DNA of 64,000 nt from Candidatus Taylorbacteria bacterium RIFCSPLOWO2_01_FULL_48_100 (GCA_001821135.1 MHSA01000011.1:3042-67041), one strand, 5' to 3'; positions 18,056 through 26,925 are shown, counted from the stretch's first letter. The notes: a model not told the origin generated them from the sequence alone. Made by a program: numbers and translations.

Positions 18056-18082
18056 ACCAAGGAGCCGTTACGGCTCCTTGGT
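18056..18082. other. Perfect 12-bp hairpin just 3' of TR, containing the avd stop codon
   Basis: ACCAAGGAGCCG-TTA-CGGCTCCTTGGT. Confidence 0.75.
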
Positions 18083-18432
18083 CGTTTCGTAAGTTATCCA
18101 ACCGTTTAACATCTTTGCGATTTCAACGAGTTGCGATGACAAGCGGAGATATATTTTTTCCGTGAAAATACCAAGTTCATATTCTGTTCGAATGAGGTGA
18201 ATTACTCGGTGAACTTGAATGCGCGCCCCCTTTAAGAATAGGAATCTTTTCTTTTCTTGAAGTCAAAGATGCCGCAATCGTTGTGGCGAGTAATTCTAGA
18301 GTATATTTCTCAACCGTCGCATGAATTCCTAATTTGTCTCCCTTCGGCAATTTCTTCCCAATCTCGTAAATCTCTTTATGCAACAATCGAATCTTGAGAA
18401 TAACTGATGGTGTCTTGTCGGGGGGGCGTCAT
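18068..18432 (-). pseudogene. avd: Avd-like four-helix-bundle accessory protein, antisense to TR/RT, frameshifted at two homopolymers
   Basis: Removing one base from G7 (18420-18426) and one from C5 (18226-18230) gives a 120-aa ORF: MTPPDK...KLPKGDKLGI...EIAKMLNGWITY. Confidence 0.8.
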
Positions 18433-19281
18433 AGTAGTGATTTTTATGATGTAATCTCGCTCGAACATCTACTCTGTGCATGGCGGAAGTTCTCCAAGGG
18501 AAAGCGAACCGACAGTGAAGTTGCAAAGTTTGAATTATGTTTGGAAGAAAATCTTTTCTCTCTCCACGAACGATTGGCGCAAGGAGTATGGACAAACGAC
18601 CCCTACCGACGCCAACCAGTTGCTGACCTCAAACCTCGCGTCATTCATATTCCGAGCGTTCGCGACCGAGTTCTTTTTCAAGCCGTATATCAAGCATTGT
18701 ATCAGATATTTGATAAGACATTTATCCACGACTCGTACGCTTCCGGGAAATGCAAAGGAACGCATACAGGCGTGAACCGATTTGAGACATTTGCACAAAA
18801 AGTATCTGCAAATCATACCAAACCCGCTTTTGTCTTGAAATGCGATATCAAAAAGTTTTTTGCAAATATCTACCTGAATGAACTAGACCAATTCGTAAAA
18901 CACAAACTTAAGGTGCGGTACTATATTCGTTACTGCGATGATTTCGTGATTTTAGACAATTCACACAAACAACTTCTGTCGCACATTTCTGCACTCCGCG
19001 CATTTCTCAATGAAAAACTCTTGCTAGAACTGCATCCGAGCAAGGTAACCATACGAAAATTGCATCAGGGAACCGATTTTCTTGGTTATGTCTCTCTCCC
19101 ACACTATCGCGTATTGCGGACAAAGACAAAACAGAGGATGCTCGCGCGAGTGAGTGAGAAGAATGTTGCGTCATATCTCGGAATGTTATCTCATTGCTGT
19201 TCCCACAATTTAACGAAAAAAATTTTGGCGGGTTATACTAAGGCGGTACAACATCATGCAATTCATACAATCTATTATTGA
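18394..19281 (+). CDS. DGR reverse transcriptase with an internal in-frame deletion; probably inactive
   Basis: KPRVI, RDRV, HDSYA..KGTH, KCDIKKFF joined directly to ANIYLNELD, RYCDDF, DFLGY; the G.PIGNLTSQ motif is absent. Confidence 0.9.
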   Translation: MRITDGVLSGGRHSSDFYDVISLEHLLCAWRKFSKGKRTDSEVAKFELCLEENLFSLHERLAQGVWTNDPYRRQPVADLKPRVIHIPSVRDRVLFQAVYQALYQIFDKTFIHDSYASGKCKGTHTGVNRFETFAQKVSANHTKPAFVLKCDIKKFFANIYLNELDQFVKHKLKVRYYIRYCDDFVILDNSHKQLLSHISALRAFLNEKLLLELHPSKVTIRKLHQGTDFLGYVSLPHYRVLRTKTKQRMLARVSEKNVASYLGMLSHCCSHNLTKKILAGYTKAVQHHAIHTIYY

Positions 19282-19894
19282 TTTTCTAAATCCTACTTTT
19301 CTCATTACCGCGGTCGGTATTTTCGGGGTTTTTGCGATTGTGTTTGCCGAGTCGGGACTCTTTTTCGGTTTTTTCTTGCCGGGGGATTCGCTCCTTTTTA
19401 CTGCGGGGCTTCTCGCGTCGCTCGGGCACTTCAATATAGTGTGGCTATGGCTTGGCTGTATGGCGTGCGCAATTTTAGGCGATAGCGTTGGATATGCGTT
19501 TGGAAAGAAGATTGGACAGAAAATCTTCACGCGCGAGGATTCGCTCTTTTTTCACAAAAAACATATAGAGCGTACGCAGAAGTTTTATGCACGCTACGGC
19601 AAGAAGACCGTCGTGCTTGCGCGCTTCGTGCCGATTGTCCGCACTTTCGCGCCAATTCTAGCGGGGGTAGGGAAGATGGAGTATCGTACTTTTCTTGCGT
19701 ACAATATTATCGGAGGTATGTTATGGGCGACTCTTCTAATTTTTCTCGGTTTTTTTCTCGGTATGTTCATTCCAGACCCCGACCGTTACTTGATGCCGCT
19801 AATATTCGTTATTATTTTCATCTCCTTCCTTCCGATTTTTCGCGAATGGTGGAAAAGTAGAAAAAAGAGAGGTGATATACTGGAAGTATGGTGA
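19256..19894 (+). CDS. dedA: DedA/VTT family membrane protein
   Basis: FAESGLFFGFFLPGDSLLFTAG, ARFVPIVRTFAP. Confidence 0.93.
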   Translation: MQFIQSIIDFLNPTFLITAVGIFGVFAIVFAESGLFFGFFLPGDSLLFTAGLLASLGHFNIVWLWLGCMACAILGDSVGYAFGKKIGQKIFTREDSLFFHKKHIERTQKFYARYGKKTVVLARFVPIVRTFAPILAGVGKMEYRTFLAYNIIGGMLWATLLIFLGFFLGMFIPDPDRYLMPLIFVIIFISFLPIFREWWKSRKKRGDILEVW

Positions 19895-20868
19895 ATGCGC
19901 TCATGAAGTTGTTTACTCCTCCGCGATTTCTTGCGATGCCCGCGCCGGGCATTGAAATTTCGGACGCATTTGTGCGCGCGCTTTCTTTTTCTGGGGCACC
20001 TGGAAATCTGCGCGTTGCGTGGTGGGAAGAAACAGCACTCCCTACTGGCGCGGTAGTCGGCGGAGTCATAAGCGATAAAAAAGCGGTTATTGAGATATTG
20101 AAAAAGATGCGGAGCGCACACCGCTTTAGTTTTGCGCATATCGCACTTCCAGAACAGCAGGTGTATTTATTTGAGATGTCCGCGCCAGTAGTTTCTAATG
20201 AGGAAACACACGCCGCGATTGAACTTCGTCTTGAAGAACATGTGCCGGTGCGCTCTACAGAAGCAGTGTTTGATTTTGATATGCAACGCGCCAATGCGGG
20301 TGCGCCAGGAGTAGAACGATTATTCCGCGTCGCAGTCGCTTCGCGAAGGACTTCTGAGATGTATGCGAGCGTATGCGAGGAAGCGGGTATTGCGCCGCTT
20401 TCGTTTGACAGCGAGGCGAACGCTGTCGCGCGCGCCGTGGTTGGAATACATGACCCTCGCGCGATTTTAGTCGCGCACCTCTCTGAAGATGATACTGGTT
20501 TGTATATTGTGAGTGACGGGGCGGTTCGTTTCGCGTCTACTGTGCCTCTCTCAGCAGAAAAGCTGGCATCTGACCCTGCGGCGCAAGAGGCGCTCGCGAG
20601 CGAAGCGGCGCGCGTATGCTCATTTTGGGAAGCGCATCGCGATAAAAAGAGCCGCGCGATTGAGAGTGTAGTTGCGTGCGGGCGCGGCGCGGCATTTCCG
20701 CGCATCCTTTCTGCGCTTTCGTCCACGCTTCATATTACGGCGGAGCCCGCGCTTGTGTGGGGCAATGCATTTTCTTTGGAGCGCACGGTACCTTCTTTGC
20801 CGCGCGACGAGTCGCTCCGTTTCTCTGTTCCTGCGGGTCTTGCGCTCCGCTCATTCATTTATGTTTAA
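19888..20868 (+). CDS. pilM: Type IV pilus assembly protein PilM-like
   Basis: GIEISD actin-like start, CGRGA, GLALR end; first gene of a pilMNO-like operon. Confidence 0.75.
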   Translation: MVNALMKLFTPPRFLAMPAPGIEISDAFVRALSFSGAPGNLRVAWWEETALPTGAVVGGVISDKKAVIEILKKMRSAHRFSFAHIALPEQQVYLFEMSAPVVSNEETHAAIELRLEEHVPVRSTEAVFDFDMQRANAGAPGVERLFRVAVASRRTSEMYASVCEEAGIAPLSFDSEANAVARAVVGIHDPRAILVAHLSEDDTGLYIVSDGAVRFASTVPLSAEKLASDPAAQEALASEAARVCSFWEAHRDKKSRAIESVVACGRGAAFPRILSALSSTLHITAEPALVWGNAFSLERTVPSLPRDESLRFSVPAGLALRSFIYV

Positions 20869-21406
20869 CTTACTTACCGAACATGCGAAAAGAGGTGCGA
20901 TGCGCGAATATCGCGCGCGACTTATAACAGTTCTATGTGTTTTTGTTGGCGCAGAGTTATTGCTTGCTGCGAGCGGCGGCGTATTTTCTTTTGTCGCATT
21001 GCGCGAAGAAGGGAAGCGTCTCGCGAGCGAGTTGGAAGTGCTCCACAGCACGCGCGCTTTGACTGAAGAAACTGTGATGATTGAAGAAGTGAAAAAAACA
21101 AAAGCTCGTCTTGGTTTTCTAGTGTCGCCGCATCCAATTCAGGTAGCAGAAGCGGTGTCTGCGTTTGCGTCATTACGCACCGCCGGGATTCATCTTGTTG
21201 CAATCAATGTGATACTGAACGCAGAAATAGAGTGGACGATTTCTGTAAGCGGGGTTGCGGCAACGCGAGATGCGCTTGCCGAGTTTGAGAGTGCCGTGAA
21301 GGCGGACCGCCGATTTGCGGATTCCGATTTTCCACTCGGAAGTCTCGCAAAAGAGAAAGATATAGCTTTTAATATTTCCGCGATGTATCTCGGAGATTCT
21401 ATATAA
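20861..21406 (+). CDS. PilN-like protein
   Basis: MFNLL start, single TM, ISVSGVAATRDAL..F ferredoxin-like motif. Confidence 0.7.
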   Translation: MFNLLTEHAKRGAMREYRARLITVLCVFVGAELLLAASGGVFSFVALREEGKRLASELEVLHSTRALTEETVMIEEVKKTKARLGFLVSPHPIQVAEAVSAFASLRTAGIHLVAINVILNAEIEWTISVSGVAATRDALAEFESAVKADRRFADSDFPLGSLAKEKDIAFNISAMYLGDSI

Positions 21407-21408
21407 CT

Positions 21409-21951
21409 ATGACGCCCTTTCGTTCAACGAAGTTCCTTTTGTGGGTTAGCGCAGGACTTGCGCTCGCGGCAGTAACACTGTATGCCGCGCTTTGGTTTGT
21501 GTTTACACTGGAACAGTCGCGAGTGTCTGCCGCTGCTGGCGCGCTTGCGGATGCGGCACAAGCGCGCATTTCCGACACTGCGCTCCGCGCGCTTTTGTCT
21601 GAAACCGAGGAAAAGCGCGCGCAGGCGAACGAATTGTTTGTTGGGAGGGGCGATACTGTCGCATTTCTGAAAGATCTTGAAGTGGTTGGCGCGGATGCGG
21701 GAGTTAAGACGAAAGTTGTCAGTGTTGCAAAAGCCGAAAGCGTTGAAGACGCTGATACACTTGCGGAGGCGGGTCTTGAAACGCTTGCAATCGCAGTTGA
21801 GGCAAGCGGCAGCTTTTCTGGTACGCACCGCTTCCTTGTGTTATTGGAACGAATGCCGCGCACAATTTCCATTCGGCGCGCGTCGTTTGCTATGGACGAT
21901 AACGGTATTTGGAACGGCGTATTTGAGATTCAAGTTCTCAAGATTAAATAG
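21409..21951 (+). CDS. PilO-like protein
   Basis: TM, coiled coil, GSF...RFL..LE.MPR motif; position after pilN. Confidence 0.7.
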   Translation: MTPFRSTKFLLWVSAGLALAAVTLYAALWFVFTLEQSRVSAAAGALADAAQARISDTALRALLSETEEKRAQANELFVGRGDTVAFLKDLEVVGADAGVKTKVVSVAKAESVEDADTLAEAGLETLAIAVEASGSFSGTHRFLVLLERMPRTISIRRASFAMDDNGIWNGVFEIQVLKIK

Positions 21952-21970
21952 ATTATTCTTGTAAAATATT

Positions 21971-22228
21971 ATGAAGTCCTTTTTTCAAAAATGCCGCGAC
22001 TGGATGCTCATCTTGGCGGGAGCGGTGCTGTTTGCGCTTGTCCTCGCATTACTCAATTGGTTTCTGTTTATAAGAAATATAAAACCGGAACCGGTTCAGA
22101 GTACGGCGCGCGCCGTGTCGTTTTCGCGAGAGAAGTTGGACGAAGTACTTGGCGCGTTTGAACAGCGGGAAGCGCAATACGACAGCGCGCGCCGAACGCT
22201 TCCTTCAATTGCCGACCCGTGGAAATAG
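21971..22228 (+). CDS. Small membrane protein of the pil operon (PilP-like position)
   Basis: 85 aa, TM, ends in DPW. Confidence 0.6.
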   Translation: MKSFFQKCRDWMLILAGAVLFALVLALLNWFLFIRNIKPEPVQSTARAVSFSREKLDEVLGAFEQREAQYDSARRTLPSIADPWK

Positions 22229-22245
22229 GGGTATTGTTTTTATAC

Positions 22246-22317
22246 CCCCTTGTAGTTCAATGGATAGAACAACGCTCTTCTAAGGCGTTGATGTAGGTTC
22301 GATTCCTACCAAGGGGA
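22246..22317 (+). tRNA. tRNA-Arg(TCT)
   Basis: CCCCTTG/CAAGGGG acceptor; loop CTTCTAA. Confidence 0.92.
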
Positions 22318-22426
22318 TTAAAATGTATCTGTGCATATCTCGCGCTTGCGGTGAAATTGGCGTGTTATAATAAATGGCGCAAAGGTCTTTGTATTTATTA
22401 TGCAGTTTTTTTAGTATTTAATTTTT

Positions 22427-22645
22427 ATGAAAGGAATTCATGTTATTTCTTGGATTTTGCTCGTGGTCGGCGGTCTAAACTGGGGACTCCTAGCGCTTAC
22501 CGGTTGGGAAGTTGGGTCGCTCTTCGGCGGTATGGATGCGGGAATTTCTAAGACAATCTATGTCTTGGTAGGCCTCGCGGCACTCTATGAGCTCTTCACG
22601 CACAAGAAGGGGTGCAAGGTATGCGCGGGCAGTTCGTCAATGTAA
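22427..22645 (+). CDS. DUF378 family small membrane protein
   Basis: LLVVGGLNWGL...IYVLVGLAA. Confidence 0.88.
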   Translation: MKGIHVISWILLVVGGLNWGLLALTGWEVGSLFGGMDAGISKTIYVLVGLAALYELFTHKKGCKVCAGSSSM

Positions 22646-22663
22646 TGGTGAAATGTGCGGCAG

Positions 22664-22703
22664 AAAAACAGATCATCTCCCGTCGGGAGATGATCTGTTT
22701 TTT
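22664..22703. terminator. Bidirectional intrinsic terminator
   Basis: AAAAACAGATCATCTCC-CGTCG-GGAGATGATCTGTTTTT between convergent genes. Confidence 0.8.
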
Positions 22704-22705
22704 GA

Positions 22706-22778
22706 TGGACGGTGCAGGGCTCGAACCCGCGACCCCCTCAGTGTAAATGAGGTGCTCTACCAACTGAGCTAACCGTCC
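22706..22778 (-). tRNA. tRNA-Val(TAC)
   Basis: GGACGGT/ACCGTCC acceptor; loop TTTACAC. Confidence 0.94.
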
Positions 22779-22855
22779 GTATCTGTAAGGATACGCAACG
22801 CGGAGCATTTTGCAAAGGTTGTACAAAGGCGTATAACCCTATAAGATACACTCTT

Positions 22856-23533
22856 ATGTCCTCACCCCAATGCATAGGCATCATTATGGACGGCAATCGG
22901 CGCTTCGCGCGCGAGCGCGGGCTCTCGCTCCTTGAAGGGCACAATGCTGGTTCGGAGAAGTTGAAAGAGGTGATGCGCTGGGCGCGCGAGGCGGGCATCA
23001 AACATGTCATTGTGTACGCATTTTCCACAGAAAATTGGAATCGCTCAAAAAGCGAAGTTCTTTACCTCCTCCGTTTGTTCAAAAGAATTTTGACTCGCGA
23101 ACTTACGGCGATTAAGCGCGATGGTTTTCGCGTGCGCTGTGTCGGGCTCCTCTCGCGCTTCTCGCGCGAATTGCAAAAAATTATGCAGAATGCGGAAGCG
23201 GAAACCGCCAATCTTCCAGGACCAACGCTCGCGCTAGCGCTCTCGTATGGCGGCAGAGCCGAGATTCTTGACGCCGCAAATCGCGCGCTCAAAAACGGAG
23301 AGAAGAATTTGGACGAAAAGACATTTCGCAAATACTTGTGGACGCAAGACCTTCCGGACCCCGACTTAATTATACGAACTTCAGGGGAGAAGCGGCTTTC
23401 TGGGTTTCTGCCGTGGCAGGGCGTGTATAGTGAGCTATTCTTTACAAAAACCTACTGGCCCGCGCTCTCGCGCAATGAATTTTTCGGCATTCTGAAAGAG
23501 TTTGGCGACCGCGAGCGTAGAATGGGTAGATAA
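22856..23533 (+). CDS. uppS: Undecaprenyl diphosphate synthase
   Basis: IIMDGNRR, YAFSTENWNR, YGGRAEI, DLIIRTSGEKRLSGFL. Confidence 0.96.
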   Translation: MSSPQCIGIIMDGNRRFARERGLSLLEGHNAGSEKLKEVMRWAREAGIKHVIVYAFSTENWNRSKSEVLYLLRLFKRILTRELTAIKRDGFRVRCVGLLSRFSRELQKIMQNAEAETANLPGPTLALALSYGGRAEILDAANRALKNGEKNLDEKTFRKYLWTQDLPDPDLIIRTSGEKRLSGFLPWQGVYSELFFTKTYWPALSRNEFFGILKEFGDRERRMGR

Positions 23534-23535
23534 AC

Positions 23536-23577
23536 ATACGAATATACGAACAATACGAATCTACGAATGGCTACGAA
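23536..23577 (+). repeat. 42-bp TACGAA-unit element; exact inverted copy at 29144-29185
   Basis: ATACGAATATACGAACAATACGAATCTACGAATGGCTACGAA. Confidence 0.9.
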
Positions 23578-24271
23578 TAAAATCCAAATTCTTTATGAAG
23601 ATAATGATGTGTTGGTTATCAACAAACCAGCTGGCTTAATTGTGCATGCAGACGGACGCACGAACGAACCAACGCTCGTTGATTGGGTTTTGGGAAAATA
23701 TCCGGAAATTAAGATGGTCGGCGATGCGGCTAGACCTGGAATTGTGCATCGTCTAGACCGCGACACTTCAGGTGCGCTAGTTATTGCGAAAAATCAAAAG
23801 GCGTACGATTTTTTGAGAGAGCAATTTCAATCGCGGAAAGTAGAAAAAATCTATCATGCGTTTGTATATGGGCGCGTGAAAAATGACGAGGGGGTTATTG
23901 ACCGCCCTATTGCGCGGAGCAAGCGCGGAGGCGCGCTTTGGAGCGCGACGCGCGGGAAAAAAGGTAAAGAGCGCGATGCTGTAACGGAATACAAGGTCTT
24001 GAAGAGAGGAGATGGCTATTCGCTGATTGAATTGCGGCCGCTGACAGGTAGGACACACCAACTTCGCGTGCACCTGAAAGCGATTAATTATCCGGTGGTG
24101 TGCGATAAGTTGTATGCGCCTAAAAAAGAATGTTTGCTGGGCTTTAACCGTCTCGCGCTCCACGCGCGCTCGCTCACGCTCGCGCTAATATCTGGAAAAA
24201 AGATAAAAATAGAAGCGCCGTACCCGAATGACTTTGAGGAAGCGTTAAAAATTGCAAATCTTGAATCTTGA
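23567..24271 (+). CDS. RluA/RluD family pseudouridine synthase
   Basis: INKPAGL, HRLDRDTSG, TGRTHQLRVH, LHA. Confidence 0.95.
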   Translation: MATNKIQILYEDNDVLVINKPAGLIVHADGRTNEPTLVDWVLGKYPEIKMVGDAARPGIVHRLDRDTSGALVIAKNQKAYDFLREQFQSRKVEKIYHAFVYGRVKNDEGVIDRPIARSKRGGALWSATRGKKGKERDAVTEYKVLKRGDGYSLIELRPLTGRTHQLRVHLKAINYPVVCDKLYAPKKECLLGFNRLALHARSLTLALISGKKIKIEAPYPNDFEEALKIANLES

Positions 24272-24298
24272 AGTAAGTCATGCTAGATTGATTCTGTT

Positions 24299-24739
24299 AT
24301 GCCGATTACTATTTCATCCGTAAATATGGAGGAGCGCAGAAAGCTTGACTTGCGCGCGGGCGACACTGTGCGCGTTACGCAGAAAATTACCGAGCGCGTT
24401 ATGGAAAAGGACAAAGTGAAGGAAAAGAAACGCTTGCAGGCGTTTGAGGGGCTCGTGCTCGCGCGCAAGCACGGGCGCGAGGCAGGCAGCTCGTTTACAG
24501 TGCGGCGCATTATCGGCGGTATTGGCGTGGAGCGAATTTTCCCTTTGTATGCGCCAACTATTGAAAAAATTGAAGTATTGAAGCGCGCGAAAGTGCGCCG
24601 CGCGAAGCTCTACCACATTCGCCGTAAAGCGGCGAAGGAAATCCGCAAGGCGATGCGCCACGAGCGGATGGAACAAAAAGAAATAAAAACAGAAACGACG
24701 CCCGTTGCCTCTGTTGCAGAAACGCCCCACACAGCATAG
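24299..24739 (+). CDS. rplS: 50S ribosomal protein L19
   Basis: GDTVRV, RLQAFEG, GVERIFP, VRRAKLY. Confidence 0.96.
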   Translation: MPITISSVNMEERRKLDLRAGDTVRVTQKITERVMEKDKVKEKKRLQAFEGLVLARKHGREAGSSFTVRRIIGGIGVERIFPLYAPTIEKIEVLKRAKVRRAKLYHIRRKAAKEIRKAMRHERMEQKEIKTETTPVASVAETPHTA

Positions 24740-24752
24740 GATAATTGAAGTC

Positions 24753-24833
24753 GCGCGGGTGTTGTAATGGTAGCCAAGCACGCTTGAGGTGCGTGTGCCG
24801 AAAGGCGTGGAGGTTCAAATCCTCTCCCGCGCA
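24753..24833 (+). tRNA. tRNA-Leu(GAG)
   Basis: GCGCGGG/CCCGCGC acceptor; loop TTGAGGT; variable arm. Confidence 0.93.
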
Positions 24834-24861
24834 TTTAGATCTTAAAAAAATACTTATTAAC

Positions 24862-25059
24862 ATGACTTTTTGGGCAAAGATTTCTTGGGCTTCCGTATTT
24901 ATTTTTGGAACTACATGGTTTGTTGAAGGAGTATGCGACAATCCACCGCCAAGTTTGTGGCTCCAAGGAATACTGGCATTTCCTTGTTGGGATATTATAT
25001 GGTTTTGGGGGTACATGGCCGGAATAGCATTTTTGTATGGTGCTGTGACGGGTGAATAA
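24862..25059 (+). CDS. Small Trp-rich hypothetical membrane protein
   Basis: 65-aa hydrophobic ORF from ATG at 24862 in an AT-rich islet. Confidence 0.4.
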   Translation: MTFWAKISWASVFIFGTTWFVEGVCDNPPPSLWLQGILAFPCWDIIWFWGYMAGIAFLYGAVTGE

Positions 25060-25120
25060 TGGGAAACTATAAAATTATAAAATATTGTAAAATTACCCAA
25101 GATATATTAATATATAGAAT

Positions 25121-25369
25121 ATGAAAGATAATTATCTTCAAATACAACTTGACTATTTTAAAGCACATCAAAATGAACTCGTAAAAAAATACGATGGAAA
25201 GTTTCTTGTCATCAAAGATCAAGAAGTTCATGGCGTTTATGATACAGAAATGGAGGCATACACAGATGCTAAGAAGAAATTTGAGATGGGTACTTTTTTA
25301 ATTCAACTATGCCTCCCTGGTCAAGAAAGTTATACCCAGACATTTCATTCTCGGGTTGCATTTTCTTAA
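25121..25369 (+). CDS. DUF5678-like small protein
   Basis: ELVKKYDGKFLVIKD.EV.G.YD motif. Confidence 0.7.
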   Translation: MKDNYLQIQLDYFKAHQNELVKKYDGKFLVIKDQEVHGVYDTEMEAYTDAKKKFEMGTFLIQLCLPGQESYTQTFHSRVAFS

Positions 25370-25372
25370 CCG

Positions 25373-25921
25373 ATGAAACATCACGCATTCACCACTAGAT
25401 ATAGCGGACGAGCACGGATGTTGTTTAATGAAGTTGGTGTGTGTTTACCAATTATTCCAACTGAAACACAAACGCCAAAAGTTGATTTCAGGAAGTATGT
25501 TGCGATATGGGATACAGGAGCAACACATTCTGCTATAACAAAAAAAGTTGCAGACGATTTGGGCTTGAAAGCAACAGGCATTGTAGAAGTCAGATATGGC
25601 GATGGAAAGTCTTCAACTAATACTTATCTCGTGAATATTTCATTGCCAAACAAAGTGATGGTTCCCCATGTGCGAGTAACAGAAGTAAAGCTTATTCCTG
25701 ACGACAACATTTCAGATGATAAACAACTTCAACTTTTAATCGGAATGGACATAATCGGTCTTGGCGATTTTGCTGTTACCAATGTCAACGGAAAAACGGT
25801 TTTTTCGTTTCGCATCCCATCAGTTGAGGAAATAGATTTTATACCTAGTGCTCAAGAAAATAATGTAATGGACAGTGGAAATAGACATGCACGGCGCGTT
25901 ATTCAAGCGAGAAAGAAATAG
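25373..25921 (+). CDS. Retropepsin-like aspartyl protease
   Basis: IWDTGATHS catalytic motif; LLIGMDII. Confidence 0.85.
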   Translation: MKHHAFTTRYSGRARMLFNEVGVCLPIIPTETQTPKVDFRKYVAIWDTGATHSAITKKVADDLGLKATGIVEVRYGDGKSSTNTYLVNISLPNKVMVPHVRVTEVKLIPDDNISDDKQLQLLIGMDIIGLGDFAVTNVNGKTVFSFRIPSVEEIDFIPSAQENNVMDSGNRHARRVIQARKK

Positions 25922-25976
25922 TGCTATACTACCCTCGCGTCGAGAACTATTATAAACCTCTTAATTTTTTCATTTT

Positions 25977-26234
25977 ATGGCGGAAAAAAAGGAAAAAGAA
26001 ATAGGAAAGGTGATTCATTGGTACGGCAAAATCAATGTCGCCGTGGTTAAGCTCGCGGGTGCATTAAAAGTGGGTGATGCAATAAAAGTGCGGCATGGCG
26101 AGAGCGAGTTTAAGGATGCGGTGTCGTCTATGCAACTGGACCATAAGCCGGTTGAAGCGGGGAAGAAAGGGCAGGAAATCGCCATCCAACTCTCGCAAGA
26201 AGCAAAAGACGGCTCGCTCGTGTATAAAGCGTAA
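25977..26234 (+). CDS. Small translation-factor-like beta-barrel protein (EF-Tu domain 2 / U32 C-terminal-like)
   Basis: IGKVIHWYGKINVAVVKL...LKVGD...VSSMQLDH. Confidence 0.75.
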   Translation: MAEKKEKEIGKVIHWYGKINVAVVKLAGALKVGDAIKVRHGESEFKDAVSSMQLDHKPVEAGKKGQEIAIQLSQEAKDGSLVYKA

Positions 26235-26236
26235 GT

Positions 26237-26821
26237 ATGTGGTACACACGCAAGGGCGACAAAGGAGATACGAAAACGCTACGCGAGAAAACGGGCGCGC
26301 GCATTTCTAAATCCTCGTGCGCCACTGAAGCACTCGGCGCGGTGGACGAACTCAATTCTTTTTTGGGGTTGCTCAAAGTGCAGTCGCTTAACCTTCCATT
26401 TGAGGTGCGCGGCGTTTCGCTTCCCGCGCTCTTTCATGCGATGCAGGAAAACCTTTTTATCGTTCAAGCAGAACTGGCGGGTGCTGACAAACGGGTCGCT
26501 CCGGAAAAGGTGAAAGAAATTGAAGACATCATACACTCAATTGAAAAGAAACTTCCGCCCGTGAAGTCGTTTTTTATAGGCGGTGGCGCTCCGCGCGGAA
26601 AGTTTTCTGCCGGCAGAGAGCTTGCCGCCCATATTGATGTCGCGCGCGCGATTGCGCGCCGCGCAGAGCGGCGCGTTATTGCAGGAGTTGAAAAGAAGGA
26701 ATTAAAAATATCAGCAGGGACGCTCGCGTATCTCAACCGTCTCTCTTCTCTTTTGTACGCGCTTGTGCGGTTTTTAAACCATAATGCTGGAGTGCCCGAA
26801 GCGGCGCCGAGTTACAAGTAG
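26237..26821 (+). CDS. PduO-type cob(I)alamin adenosyltransferase
   Basis: YTRKGDKGDT, GAVDELNS, ARRAERR, YLNRLSS. Confidence 0.9.
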   Translation: MWYTRKGDKGDTKTLREKTGARISKSSCATEALGAVDELNSFLGLLKVQSLNLPFEVRGVSLPALFHAMQENLFIVQAELAGADKRVAPEKVKEIEDIIHSIEKKLPPVKSFFIGGGAPRGKFSAGRELAAHIDVARAIARRAERRVIAGVEKKELKISAGTLAYLNRLSSLLYALVRFLNHNAGVPEAAPSYK

Positions 26822-26848
26822 TTTATTTTGTGTTATTTTGATGCTTAT

Positions 26849-26925
26849 GGTGCCTATAGTGTAGCGGCTCTGCACGAGGGTTTGTGGAACCCTAAGTTCC
26901 GGATCGACACCGGATAGGCACCCCA
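26849..26925 (+). tRNA. tRNA-His(GTG) with G-1, encoded CCA and atypical T-loop
   Basis: G-GTGCCTA/TAGGCAC-C-CCA; loop TTGTGGA; T-arm TCCGG-ATCGACA-CCGGA. Confidence 0.85.

Larger units (their letters stand above)
16889..19281 (+). mobile_element. Diversity-generating retroelement (target-VR, TR, antisense avd, RT); apparently degenerate
   Basis: TR/VR pair with adenine-specific mismatches, DGR-type RT and an Avd-like ORF. Confidence 0.93.

Noticed and set aside
17924-18109. 61-aa Asn-rich ORF
   Set aside because: It is the DGR template repeat read in the target frame. TRs are often open but act as RNA.
18394-19281. Group II intron or retron RT
   Set aside because: The adjacent TR/VR pair and Avd-like gene identify a DGR. 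No intron domain V/VI or msr-msd was seen.
15368-19281. Prophage or integrative element at tRNA-Ser
   Set aside because: No integrase, phage structural genes or att duplication were seen, and the core gene ruvX interrupts the region.
19818-20726. Long antisense ORFs (also 38781-39512, 35078-35758, 40354-41001, 8364-9026)
   Set aside because: These are shadow frames of well-supported genes on the opposite strand, with no recognisable motifs.
23536-23577. Mini CRISPR array from TACGAA repeats
   Set aside because: Units are 8-10 bp with no unique spacers.
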